From positions 62,001 through 126,000 of the forward strand of contig NW_020846320.1 of assembly GCF_003704095.1 (NCBI RefSeq): a DNA stretch of 64,000 nt. The letters run 5' to 3'. The position numbers and the translations under genes were made by a program. Below the pieces are notes generated by a model. The model had not been told where the DNA came from and ran no database searches. It saw only the letters and a list, made by a program, of their open reading frames with translations. Positions within the stretch are counted from its first letter, which is position 1. Each line of letters starts with the position of its first letter. Below, in pieces: positions 1 to 12,800 of the stretch. The stretch comes from Pocillopora damicornis. Taxonomy: Eukaryota.

Positions 1-390
1 ACTGTTATTGGCTTAGTACATCAGGAACCAGCGAATTTTTATAAGGGAAAAGCGAGAAGGTTGCTTTCGTGACTAGCCATTTGTTTACTTTTCTAGTGGT
101 TTTATCCCTCGTGTGTTTGGTGACTACACAAACTCACACACCAACAAAAAGGACACTGTCTGCTTAATGACCTCGGCCCATCCTACCTCCAGCCCACACA
201 ACCTTTTTTCCAATTCTCATCACGACGAATGCACAAGTTTTTTTGATCACACAACTGCCCAAAATAAGAGAGAGTTTATTCCAAAAGTCTNNNNNNNNNN
301 NNNNNNNNNNNNNNNNNNNNNNNNNNNNNNNNNNNNNNNNNNNNNNNNNNNNNNNNNNNNNNNNNNNNNNNNNNNNNNNNNNNNNNNNNN

Positions 391-634
391 TCTAAATACA
401 AGTTGTTTGTCGGAGCTTTCTCGAACTATGGCGGCTGAAACACTAAAAAATCCATATCGTTGACAGACAGTGAATTTCAAACTTTCCCAGAAGGCAAAGA
501 AAACCAATATACTAAAAGAAAAACCGAAAGTTATGTATTCAGTGGCTTTGGTGTTAGCATTTCTCTCGCCTGAGAATGAAAATCGAAAACTGGAAAATTT
601 GCCACAGGCCGATTTTGGCCGTTTACCTGAAAGA
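391..634 (+). repeat. Fragment of a probable non-autonomous DNA element (Crypton-like peptide remnant) between gaps
   Basis: Peptide AFLSPENENRKLENLPQADFGRL resembles my recollection of the Crypton/ZMYM N-terminal segment; flanked by gaps, as repeats often are. Confidence 0.3.
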
Positions 635-1948
635 NNNNNNNNNNNNNNNNNNNNNNNNNNNNNNNNNNNNNNNNNNNNNNNNNNNNNNNNNNNNNNNNNN
701 NNNNNNNNNNNNNNNNNNNNNNNNNNNNNNNNNNNNNNNNNNNNNNNNNNNNNNNNNNNNNNNNNNNNNNNNNNNNNNNNNNNNNNNNNNNNNNNNNNNN
801 NNNNNNNNNNNNNNNNNNNNNNNNNNNNNNNNNNNNNNNNNNNNNNNNNNNNNNNNNNNNNNNNNNNNNNNNNNNNNNNNNNNNNNNNNNNNNNNNNNNN
901 NNNNNNNNNNNNNNNNNNNNNNNNNNNNNNNNNNNNNNNNNNNNNNNNNNNNNNNNNNNNNNNNNNNNNNNNNNNNNNNNNNNNNNNNNNNNNNNNNNNN
1001 NNNNNNNNNNNNNNNNNNNNNNNNNNNNNTCACTCGTGAGCTATCGAGTTAAAACTCGAAAAAGAAATTGCATATCTACGCGCGCCCATGTATTATTCTT
1101 TATTACTCTGAGATTGTCATCAGTTATGCTCCTTGGGACACTTTTTTTTGCCTTATCGAAGTATTTTTCTCCATCNNNNNNNNNNNNNNNNNNNNNNNNN
1201 NNNNNNNNNNNNNNNNNNNNNNNNNNNNNNNNNNNNNNNNNNNNNNNNNNNNNNNNNNNNNNNNNNNNNNNNNNNNNNNNNNNNNNNNNNNNNNNNNNNN
1301 NNNNNNNNNNNNNNNNNNNNNNNNNNNNNNNNNNNNNNNNNNNNNNNNNNNNNNNNNNNNNNNNNNNNNNNNNNNNNNNNNNNNNNNNNNNNNNNNNNNN
1401 NNNNNNNNNNNNNNNNNNNNNNNNNNNNNNNNNNNNNNNNNNNNNNNNNNNNNNNNNNNNNNNNNNNNNNNNNNNNNNNNNNNNNNNNNNNNNNNNNNNN
1501 NNNNNNNNNNNNNNNNNNNNNNNNNNNNNNNNNNNNNNNNNNNNNNNNNNNNNNNNNNNNNNNNNNNNNNNNNNNNNNNNNNNNNNNNNNNNNNNNNNNN
1601 NNNNNNNNNNNNNNNNNNNNNNNNNNNNNNNNNNNNNNNNNNNNNNNNNNNNNNNNNNNNNNNNNNNNNNNGGACTGATAATTCTTCCGTCTTGGCTGAC
1701 ATGCACCTGATCATCTCGAAACCTTCCCGTGCTCAAGTGTTTATCATCTGTGATGAGTCGTTACTCGTTTTTATGAGATTAGTGCTAGCTGGTGTTTTGC
1801 ATATACATAATCGTCCCTGGCAAGGTGTTCGTGTCTCCCTTGAATGTACCATACCTAATGTTATTTGAAAATTTGCGAGCTGCTTCCTTACCTTTATCCA
1901 TCGCGCTTCTTAACTTTTAAAACGTTGAAGAAATTTGATTACAAGAAA

Positions 1949-2415
1949 CTAAGTAGACTGTGAATCGTTCACGTCTTGGTCGAGGTATCCATGTACCACA
2001 CTCATACGACTCGCACTCGCTATTAATTGAAGATTGTTGAGGGGGCTCTTCACGGCGGTTTGTGTGTCTTCTGTTTTCACCTGGCAAACCTGTTTAGTTG
2101 TCTTGGACATCGCTTCCGTTCCATCGCTATTTCGACAGATATTTCGTGTTGCAGCCCTGAAATCCGGTTTGAGGAAGCCATATACGAAGGGATTTACCAA
2201 TGAGGCAATGGCTATTGTATATCGTGAAATTATCGGCAAGACAGTGGGAACGATGTCGAACCGACCAAAAACACGGAGGGCGGTTGTCATATAAATGATC
2301 GGCATCCACGAGATTAGGAAGGCCACAGAGATGATGAAGAAAAGTTTCGCTACTTGAGCATCTGAGGAGATTTGTCTGCGTCTGTTGATCTGTTTCATTG
2401 TGCAATCCAATTTAT
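1949..2415 (-). CDS. Class A (rhodopsin-like) GPCR, 3' part (ICL3-TM6-TM7-helix 8-C tail); 5' part lost in gap
   Basis: TM6 AKLFFIISVAFLISWMPIIY (F-x-x-S-W-x-P), TM7 ASLVNPFVY (NPxxY), helix 8 KPDFRAA. The frame runs into the N gap at 2416. Confidence 0.85.
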
Positions 2416-3742
2416 NNNNNNNNNNNNNNNNNNNNNNNNNNNNNNNNNNNNNNNNNNNNNNNNNNNNNNNNNNNNNNNNNNNNNNNNNNNNNNNNNNNNN
2501 NNNNNNNNNNNNNNNCCTTTATCAACACTTTCTCTACTTACTTTGTAATTGTGTTGCTCACTAGAAATAAAAGAGTGCGGGAATAAAATCTGTTTGAGGA
2601 AAAAAACACCCACTCAAAAGAGAAGAAAAATAGCTGTGCATATTGCGCTGTCTCTCTAGATTAAAATAAACTAAATAAGGTAAAACAACAAAAACAGCAA
2701 TAAAGTAAGTTATTTAAAAATTCTTCGCCGAAAGCGAAGTGGATATTGTTGAATAATCCCCCAAACAAAGCAGAAGAAATTATTCAGGAATGTTCATTGA
2801 GCCTTAAGTGAATAGTTGTTTGAGTATAGTTGCTCAGGTGCTTTCGAATTCTGTAAATAAAGAAAGCATTGCGTATATTTTGTTACAATTGTGGTGATTA
2901 CTAGTATCGTGATGGGCAAGGAGTTTGAGCACTGGTTTAGTTATTTCAATCAGCAAAAATTTCACATCTTTCTTCAGAAAAGCGTTCCACCAAACGCGGT
3001 GACATCTTTTGTGCTCTTCGCAATTGAATTTTCTACTGATGCGTTATCACTGCCTCGGAAACATTGACAAAACGCGAGGTAGCCAATTTGATCTTAAGCG
3101 CCCCAGCCATAATCATCTCGCGCGAGGTGATTTTTAACCACAATTTCCCGATGTGGATGAGAGTACAGACAACGTTTCTCGCGTCAACATGTCATAACCT
3201 TGATCACACACTGAAAGAATCGTTTTATTTGACGTCGATATCAGTTGTGGTAAAAAACAAATCGACAGTGTTTTGTTGCGGACTCTCTCAGCTATGCCAC
3301 TGTAATAGCAAATATCGTGGTTGATAAAAGTACCGACGACGTTCAACCACTATTGAAATGCTAAATCACGACATATGACGCAATCCTCGACCAATCAGAG
3401 TGCGCACATCTCTATAATCACTTGAGGAATTATATTAAAAATTAGAGTCAAAGAACTGATTACATCAAGTACATCTCGAATGATTTAACCTAAAGTTTGC
3501 AGGCTTGCATTTACAATTCCTTTTCAGGACCTCATTGGTCTTCAGTCAGCATCAACATTTCGAGGTTTCCCTGAAGATGAAGCGCCTCTGCACGGCACCA
3601 AAATTAAATTCAACTATACTACTGTATTAAGCAAAGCAAGTATAACAATTTGCGCGTACTCCAAAGAGTGAATCAACATGCAAACAGAGCCACTAAATGC
3701 GATCCAGATCTCTTACATAGAAAAATTTTTTTAAGGACAGAC

Positions 3743-3886
3743 CTTAATTCCTTCAGCAGACGTCTGCGCATGCCCCGTTGCAACCATCTCGTGGCTGATA
3801 ATGACGTCATGTTCTGTGTTAGTGTTGTAGAGTTCAATTGCAAATCTGTGGCATCCAGCCACCAGAGACGCACTCTTAGATTTCAC
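3743..3886 (-). CDS. TDRD12: TDRD12 last recognisable exon (VKSK...AIELYNT...ISHEMVATGHA)
   Basis: ttcag acceptor, extended-Tudor C-terminal helix; either spliced at AAG|gtctgt or reading on to the TAA three codons later. Confidence 0.78.
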
Positions 3887-6800
3887 CTGAAGCGGAAACA
3901 GTGATAAGGCTGACGATGAGTTTCAAAAATCAAGATTGATATCTGTTCATTGTCTCGCTACTTGAGGGACTTGGGTAAACTACCCAAAAATTTGTCCAGG
4001 TATTTGTCATTCTGAAGAAAAATAGCCCCTCTAAGAACAAGCAGGGGACTGAAACAGGCTATGTGCGAAAATCGATTAAAATAGATTCGGATAATCAATC
4101 AAGGCTAGAACTAAACTAACAAGTTGAAATTAGAGGTGCAAAACTAGTCTCTTAATAAAAAGTAAAAATTTACTTTACACGTTAGATGGAGTGATTGCAT
4201 TTATTTCCACAAAAAGTCTCAAATCCATTCAGTGGTTAATGGTTTCCAAGTAAGCCGGCCCGACGAGCAAATTTCACTACAGTGCTTGAGCAATTGTACT
4301 TTAAAAATCACTACTATACCAATTGAGCTGCGCTTTGCACTTTACCAATCTGATGCAACAACGACTAAGAACAACATTCAGGACACGTGCTCAGAACACA
4401 TCAGTACCTTTGCGAATAGTAACTGATCAGTCACCATTTCCCAGAAAGCGTCGCTGCTCTCATCGCTCCATTCTTTCTCTGTAAAAAGAACCACAATTAG
4501 TTAAAACAAAAAACATTGAAAGTCTATCCAGGCTATCCTTGGCCCTACAAAGTTTTTGTACATCTCAGGTCGCTCACTGATCGATCTCTTTGACTTTCTT
4601 AAAAACGATGACCGTTGCATCTTTATTAAGTACGACAATGGAGCGTTTTCACGTGATTAGATCCGACAGAGCCTCGCATCGTACCAAAACAATCACAAGA
4701 AGACCATGTTGGTGCGCCGAGCCAACATTGCAGAGTGAATACTCTTTTTAGACGTTACCACTTTCTATTCCTGTAGCGTATTTCCATAGCTTGCTTGCCA
4801 CGTGCTTGCCACGTGCTTGCCAAGTTTAAAGCTCCTTAGATGAGTACACCTAAATAACTTACCAAGAGGTTCGACGTGGACAAGCGAGCACTCAACAGCC
4901 TGGAGGGGCAGCTGAAGGATGTCATTCCAAGCTGGAACAATCCTGTCCGCTGTTACCCACTCTCTGTCACCAAAGTCCACATAAAATACATCATACTCTT
5001 TATCTGGCCTGCTGCCCAGGACACGCGCCCGGTACCAACTAGAGGAGAGGAAAAATTAACAGTACTGTATGGATAAATGTGTTGTGGTTACACTTTTTCT
5101 ACAAAGGGAACGGTTAATAACACAGTAGTTCGCAGTTGCACTCCCTTTAAGCTAGATATCTTCCTAAAGCAAAATGCTTAGCGGGCAATTTTGTAGTCAC
5201 GAGATAAAGGACTGGAAAAGATTTTACTTAGAGGCGTTGGTGGCCAAGAGAAAAGGCACACTAAAACCGCCTGGGGAATGGAGTGGAAGGAACGAAAGTT
5301 TGAAGTGCTTGTCCATCCAAAGTAAAAAATAATTTTTACGAAAAAGGCGACAAAAATTTAATTTTTCATGGGAAAAAATAATCCTGTCCGTAAGATAAAG
5401 TAAGATCACAGTATTTATCACCAAGAAATTCAAGTAAATTCGAATCAAAATCAATCGTCAGAACAATGATATACTGAACCTGCTCGAAAATAAAATACCA
5501 ACGATGAGATTTTAATAACAGATACTTTTTTGGTAAAAGACGCACTGTTTAGAGCGTGGTAAAGTAACTTACAGGTCATCTTCGGAAAACTTTGCAACAC
5601 AGAGCGAGCCAATTGGGATCTCGTTCTCCTCCGATTCAACTTTGTTGACTCCAGAGTTAATCTTTTGCTTCAGGTCCTCTAAGCTACAAAAATTAACATC
5701 AGAAAATGCGTTAAGTATTAGGCTTGATGCTACGGAGTAGTTTAACGTCGACTCGTCCGCACGCTGTGTCGTCTCACGAAGTATTTAGTCAGTTTAAGCA
5801 AACTATCTCTTGGGATTATTTTCAATTGGCTGAAAGCGACAAAACGAAGTTCAAATTTTGCTGTTTGCACTTATAGAAGGTAAAATACCCGAGAAACGGA
5901 CTGATATAGAAGAACAAAAGCCTGTATTTGAAAGAAACTTGTGCTGCAGCGGTGGATGAGTGAAAATTTAGTGTGAAGCATGAAAATCAGAAAGGGATTT
6001 CAATTCTTAACTTTTTAGCGAATTTTTTTCGATCCCACAAATGGGCAAAAAAGAACTAACTACAACAGTAACAGCAAAATAACAAAAAAAAAATTGTCAA
6101 ATCCTACAAGTTAAAATGCGGGAAAAATTTTGCCTCATGTATTCGCCGAAAAAAAAAACCTGGAAAGTAGAGAGAGATGTGGGTTTACAAATTACCAACC
6201 TTTCTTCTGAAGACTTCAGCTGGACAAAAAAAAGTCCTGGATTTTCCACAGCAGACACATACACAGAGTGGAATCCTTCCTCAGGTAGCACACTTGTTTC
6301 CAGAGCAGGCAACTGTTCACTGAAATAAGACACCCATGTACACAGATCTCAAGCGGTATAAACGATTGTAGAACATGGCAAGATGTGATAACATGTGGAT
6401 AAGCCTTCACTAGAGGGTTGTCGCTCTCCTCTCAAAAGCCTGCATGTTCACAAACTGACTCGCAACTACTCAGCATTATTTCATTCAATCTTTTCATCAC
6501 TGAGGCACTGTTCAGACACAATATTAACTCAAATCATTGGAAAAAAAACAACAACAACAAGAACAGCAACAAAAAAAGCTCTCACATTTTTATTAACAGA
6601 GCCATCAACTTCGTCCAAAGCGAGAGTTAACATGGGAAATTTTATCGGATAAACAACTGGAAAAAAAAACCCAAAACTGAGTGTGGAAAGAGGCTAAGGC
6701 GGTCTTGCGTTTTCATGTTTTTACCCCTGAGTAACAGGGAAGGATTAATCCTTACCTGACATCCGAAACACGAGTTTGTCCTCCTTCCAGAGGCTGTAAA

Positions 6801-9800
6801 ACAATGACCCCCTCACAAAGGTTTCTCAGCAAGCGCACGTGCTTTAAAAAGAGTTATGGAAATAAAAAACTTCATTTTAGGCCCCAATCACACTGATAAA
6901 TTGCAACAGATAAAATGTGGTTCGTTCATGTCTCGTCGGGAAAAGTTGAAAGCGCAACAATCACAACAATATATCGCGAGAGTGCATTTGAGCGTGCGAA
7001 AAAGAAGGGCCTAACTGAAATGTCTCAAAATACAAAGAGTAGTCAAGTTCACGTTTTCAGAAAGCTCTGTTTTCGGCTTGCAGTACTGTGTAAGTTAGGT
7101 CTAAGCGTTGAAGAAAAATTAAAGTTTTCAAACTGAGCCAGTATGACCAGCCGACAATTAATCCGAATTAGAGCGGACAGTTAATTCAACTGTCAAGGAG
7201 AGAAGGTTGCGTTTTCTCATCTGTCCAACGTAGGCTACTCTGGATGGAATATTGTACCAAACTAATAAAATTCCCCACTATTGTTCAGACAAGCGTTAAA
7301 GCGGAGAAACCTCTTACCTGTTTGTTTTCAGCTGCACGTTTTTCCCTCAACAGTTCCATCCTAACATTCAACGCATTGGTCGTAACATTGATGTTGGGAA
7401 GATATTTCCTCTCGACCAAAGGATCCAGCCACATCGTGTTGCCTAAGCTGCAAGACCAAAGTGAGAACAATAAGTCACTGGGCGAGCGATTCACCTTTTC
7501 ATTGATACAGGCACACTTTGCGTATTTTTGCGCACTGCGACTTTGCTGCCAGGCTCCATTCACGTAATAAAATCGCCCAATCTGATCAGTTGGCCGCAAC
7601 TGGTTGACACAAGCTGGTTGTATTCAGTTAAAGGTAACGGAAGTAAATGTGAACATCAAAATTTTTTCCTTTGGGGGTGGGGTGGGGGGGGGGAAAAGAA
7701 CTTCCATAAACTTCACGTTATTTTCGATTCTTGTCTGCCTGTAATTTCAATGAATGCGTCTTCCCAGTCGAAAAAGAACCTCACCTCAAAACAACTCTTC
7801 CTTCCATTTCCTTGCCTTCAATGAGGCGTGTGATATATGCTGCCGTCTGTTTTAAATAAAAGCAAAGAGCAATCAATCTTTTAAACAGACATATCAAAAA
7901 TCAGTTGAATTGTTTATTTTGACATTCAGAAACTCTTACTAGAGTGTGTTGGGTTGAATCAAAAGAACGCGATCACCGAGTAGTTTATCACAAGGTATCC
8001 CAAATAACTCTTTGTCAACAAATTGAGCGATTTCAAAGTCAAATAATTCAGTGATAATTTCCGAATTCTTAACCTTTACCTCGTCAGTCCAGTCAGTGTC
8101 TTTATCCAAAGGTTGTAATCTGCACACGAACACCTCAACTGCCTTAAAAACATAATACAGAACAGAGTTGAAGTAACACTAATGCTCGTTGGTATTCATC
8201 GTGGTGAAATAAGTGAAAAAATCTTAATATTTGCTGGATTATGTGGTCTGATCCGGTCTTGATCGCGACTTTCTAAATGCGCACTGCCGACGAAATTTCG
8301 AATCGAAAGGAACAATAGAAAAGAAGTTCTTGAAGAATTGGCGACTACGATACAGTAAACACAACAACAAATTAGCGACAGCGCATCGCTGAAGGACCGC
8401 ATCACCAGAACAGTGAAGGTCGAAAAGCACCAATCACGGCGCAATATAAAGGTTCAAAGGGTGACGCGTAACCGGTCAAACCTACATTTACTTAGCCATT
8501 AAATGCGTCAAACTAAACTGAGCAATGTTATCTATGAAGGTGAACAAACTCTTCCAAGGGACTTAAGTTGTATGAATTAAGCGGAAAAAAAAAATGACGA
8601 AAAGCTTGTTAATGTAGATCACTAGCCTTACAGCTTGTGATTTAAAGACCATTCTCGAACTCTGCCAACAACAGAAGCGTTTTTTTTCTCATTATAAAAC
8701 CCAGGAAAATAGGTTTTATAATTTCTTGATGAAACATACCTGGAAGGGACAGGAGTGAAATTGGGGAGGCAACTGCAGAAGTCTGTCCACATGAACTAAT
8801 TCAAAATTTCCCCTGTCAACATATTGAACCTACGAATAAAGATATAAACACCTAGTGAACATGTGAACTGAGTGGTGGCCTAGCAAACCGCAGAGTCTCT
8901 GTGGCTCAGTGGTACCCGATGTAGGCCGCCTGCTAGCGGAATCAGAAGGACTGAGGTTTGATTCCTAATTGAGACTCAGAATTGTTCTTTGTCCCGCGCT
9001 CGTGAACAAGCGAGATACATCTTTCTTTATCTAGAGGGAAACGTTTGGTTCCATGCTGTAACGCGCAGAAGAAGGAATGCGAAGTCTTTTTTCATGCTCA
9101 TCACGTTGCTCTTCATGCTCGTAACGTTCTTCCCTTCGCTATCCATGCACCAAGTAACTAACAGTAAAATAAACCAAGACATTCTTACCCGCACTTCCAC
9201 TGGCTTTTTACTGTGATCTTCCTTAGTTACATAGCACACTTTCACTCTGGAGACACAATAGTATAGCTTCAAAGGATTAGATTCGAGCATCTGATGCAAG
9301 TAAAAGGAGTAAGTTTCTAAAGAGCTGTGGTGCTGTGTCGGTGAGAGTATAACAGGGTAATTTATTATTATCAACTGGGCTGATAACGTAAAGTGGCCAC
9401 CGTTAAGAGAAAAAGAAAGAAAAGAAACTCTTTACGGTGGTCAGCCTACACTGTCAACTCAGTTGATAGTACTAAATTATTCTGCGGATGTAAGTTCATG
9501 TCAAGGCTGAAGTGTTTCAATCTACAATGATTGCTATATCTCTAGTGGTTTACCTATTGTAGGAACTGCTGTTAATTAGCTTCACAGCACACAGGTCACC
9601 AACAGAAACCAACTCTTGCTTAACCCGATGATTTGAATCAGCGTACCATCGACTGACTGCCATTGTTAATTCCAGGAACTCTGTGCAGTCTACAGTTCGA
9701 CTGTTCAGCGGGTTTGCACCGGAGGGTTTGTGCTCAAGGATTCGCACCCAGTAACAAGTTGCATCCATTACACTCGTAATCAGTATCTGGAGTAAGTCAT

Positions 9801-12800
9801 CAAATGTTCTTTTTAATGGTAGATGCGAAAAAAATTGTAACAATCTAGGGCTAGAGGGAAAAACTCAGGGTTTCCCCATAAGAATTTAGAATCCTGCCAG
9901 TTCCGGTTTTGTTTTAGGATGCTACATTAACTGAGCGACAAGAAATCGCTGACGAGCCAGGCCATACACAGATTCAGTATGTAGGAAGTGAGTGATTAGT
10001 TGTATTTGCTAAACAAAGCAAATAATCTCGACTAGCAAGAACGACTCACTTTTCCCGCAAGGGGAACCAATTGGAACAAAAGTGAAACTCATTTTGCCTG
10101 CAAAAGGGCAAGATACATAATAAATAGAATTACACGAACTTCCTTCTGAAGCTTACCTTAACTATGCCAGACGTAGGAATTCCTTTTGCTGGTTTATCCA
10201 ACTCTGCCAACACTGAGTGTCTCTGCAAACAGTTTCTCGTTCCCCTTTGGTATCTAAATATAAGGAAAAATTATTCCTCCATGGGAGGCCTGAGTTTATA
10301 ACTCGGGGTTGTTTGAATTCAGTCCACAAGTCGTCGTCGAGGTTCTAAAGCCCATGCGTGAGCCCGAGTATTTCAGGCTTAACAAACACAACACAATGAC
10401 CAGACAGTTTTTTACTGACTGTGGGCCAGTTATTTACACGAGGCCTAACCTAAACCACAGTTTTACGTAATTAGTGGGCCTTGGGGATTCTCTATAAGAG
10501 GGTTAATTTAACCAAACGAATGTCTTACTTCCACAATTAATTTTCGGTCCTCTTAACACTGCTCATAAAAATAAATGTTTAGATGGAAGTTTCAGCTAAA
10601 TTAGAATAGCTTAGGAGGCTGTCTTGTTAAACAACAGTTACACTTTGTTTAAATAACTCGCCCTATGGGTTTACTCCACGATAAGGCATTATAAATTACC
10701 TGCAAGTTCCAAAAGCTTTCAGAGAATAACACAACTCCTTAACCTTTTCTTTTTCCTGCAGAGAGAGTAAATTAAAACATCTATGAGGATTTCACTACTT
10801 TGTTCTGTAAATTTTAAGAGCAGCCTCCCAGTTTCGTCTGTTAAAATTAAAATAACTATACTCCAATTTTATTTCAAAGACTTGCCTGTTTTGCAAGGTC
10901 GGCCATTGCATCAAGTAGTTGTGGAACTTCCTGACCTGATCTCTGTACAAGCTGACGTATGGAAGGAGCGTGATACATATTTCGGCCATCAGTCACAAAA
11001 ATAACAGAGACACAGCCATGCTCCTTCAGAAAATCAAATTCACAAAGTAAGAAAATGAAGATATGATTGTCCTTGTGGGCTAGTGGCATGTTATTGGTTG
11101 GTGGATCCCTGTAAAATTCACTGTTCATGCCTCAAGTAGTAATTCATATACGTAAGACAAGTTCACTTTTTTTCCTTTTTTTCTGTTGTTATAAACTTTG
11201 AAAAAAAGAGGTTAATACCGAATCAGCCGAACCAAACAAGTTTGGTCAATAAAGTATTAATAAATTAGCTGAAAGATTAGATAAACAAAAATTACTTTTG
11301 TGGGAACAGAGTGGGAATTACTCACGTGACAGCAAGATCTCATACGCTCCGGAATCATAAACTTTGTAGAAAGGATGTTAAAAAGTTAGGACTACCTCAA
11401 TTAATTTTAGAAAAGAAGTGAAGAGTGTCTTACTTCAGATGATGTAAAAGTCCCAGCTAGAGTGGAGAGTCTTTTGCTAAATCGTGTCTTTGAACCAGGA
11501 AAGTTGAAGTGTATTACACATGAGGCATTTGTGATGTTCATCTGACCAATAACGTCTTCCGCTATAACTGAATTTTATTATTAAAATTATATATTAAACT
11601 GTGATTGCATTGGTCATCTTTTCGCCAAAATTAAAATTAAAATCTAGATTAAACTATATAACTATATGCATAGATGCATCAATAATCTGATCCTACAAAA
11701 TGCTTTATACAAGAACACATCTAGTAACTCCGATAGAAAAAACTTCAGGAAAAAAAGGGATACAGATGATACACAATTTCAGAACTGCAAAGTCTTTAAA
11801 GCAGGCCTCCTTGGTCATTTCTTTCATTTTCTTTTCTCTTTTTTTTTCAGCTTTTGCCAAATTGTCAAACTCACTTTAACACAAGGGGAACTTATGGGAA
11901 ACATAAGATTCTGTGGAACGGCCTTTTCACTGAGAGTTTTGAAGACATTATGGCATACCTAGAACTGGCATAGTATCAGTGGTGTGAGGAGTGTTCCACT
12001 GTCTCTGAATATTGTCAAGTTCATGAGGTGGTAGAAAATTGTGTGCCACAAGAGCAAAATAACAGTTTGCATTCAGGATTTGTCCAACGTTCTCTGCTTC
12101 CGCTGCCGTGGAAGTGAAAACACAAATGTCTTTTGTGCTAATAAACGATTCCAGGTAACCTATCATGGGAAAGAAAACGTTAANNNNNNNNNNNNNNNNN
12201 NNNNNNNNNNNNNNNNNNNNNNNNNNNNNNNNNNNNNNNNNNNNNNNNNNNNNNNNNNNNNNNNNNNNNNNNNNNNNNNNNNNAGCCACATCGTGTTGCC
12301 TAAGCTGCAAGACCAAAGTGAGAACAATAAGTCACTAGGCGAGCGATTCACTTTTTCATTGATACAGGCACACTTTTTTTTTTTTGCGCCCTGTGACTTT
12401 GCTGCCAGGCTCCATTCACGTAATAAAATCGCCCAATCTGATCATTTGGCGGCAATTGGTTGACACAAGCTGGTTGTATTCAGTTAAAGGTGACGGAAGT
12501 AAATGTGAACATCAAAATTTTTTCCTTTGGGGGTGGGGGGGGGGAAGAACTTCCATAAACTTCACGTTATTTTCGATTATTGTCTGCCTGTAATTTCAAT
12601 GAATGCGTCTTTCCAGTCGAAAAAGAACCTCACCTCAAAACAACTTTTTCCCTCCATTTCCTTGCCTTCAATGAGGCGTGTGATATATGCTGCCGTCTGT
12701 TGTAAATAAAAGCAAAGAGCAATCAATCTTTTAAACACAAATATCAAAAATCAGTTGAGTTGTTTATTTTTGACATTCAGAAACTCTCACCAGAGTATGT

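Noticed and set aside
113-1868. Long ORFs in the track containing X runs (also near 12760-13428, 16470-16742, 21939-22142)
   Set aside because: They are artefacts of translating through N gaps.
1949-2415. GPCR as a possible opsin
   Set aside because: The position six residues before the N of NPxxY is Ala, not the retinal-binding Lys.
2718-3436. Probable interspersed repeat (also ~1030-1110, ~9850-9965 and ~55285-55350)
   Set aside because: It looks repeat-like from recollection, but there is no clear second copy or clean terminus in this window to support boundaries.
4791-4822. 11-nt tandem repeat tgcttgccacg (also short repeats at ~9090-9130 and ~14673-14715)
   Set aside because: Ordinary intronic slippage repeats with no spacers; not CRISPR-like.
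8900-8975. tRNA gene
   Set aside because: It has A/B-box-like motifs but no cloverleaf, and continues into a body shared with 59440-59560, so it is a SINE-like repeat.
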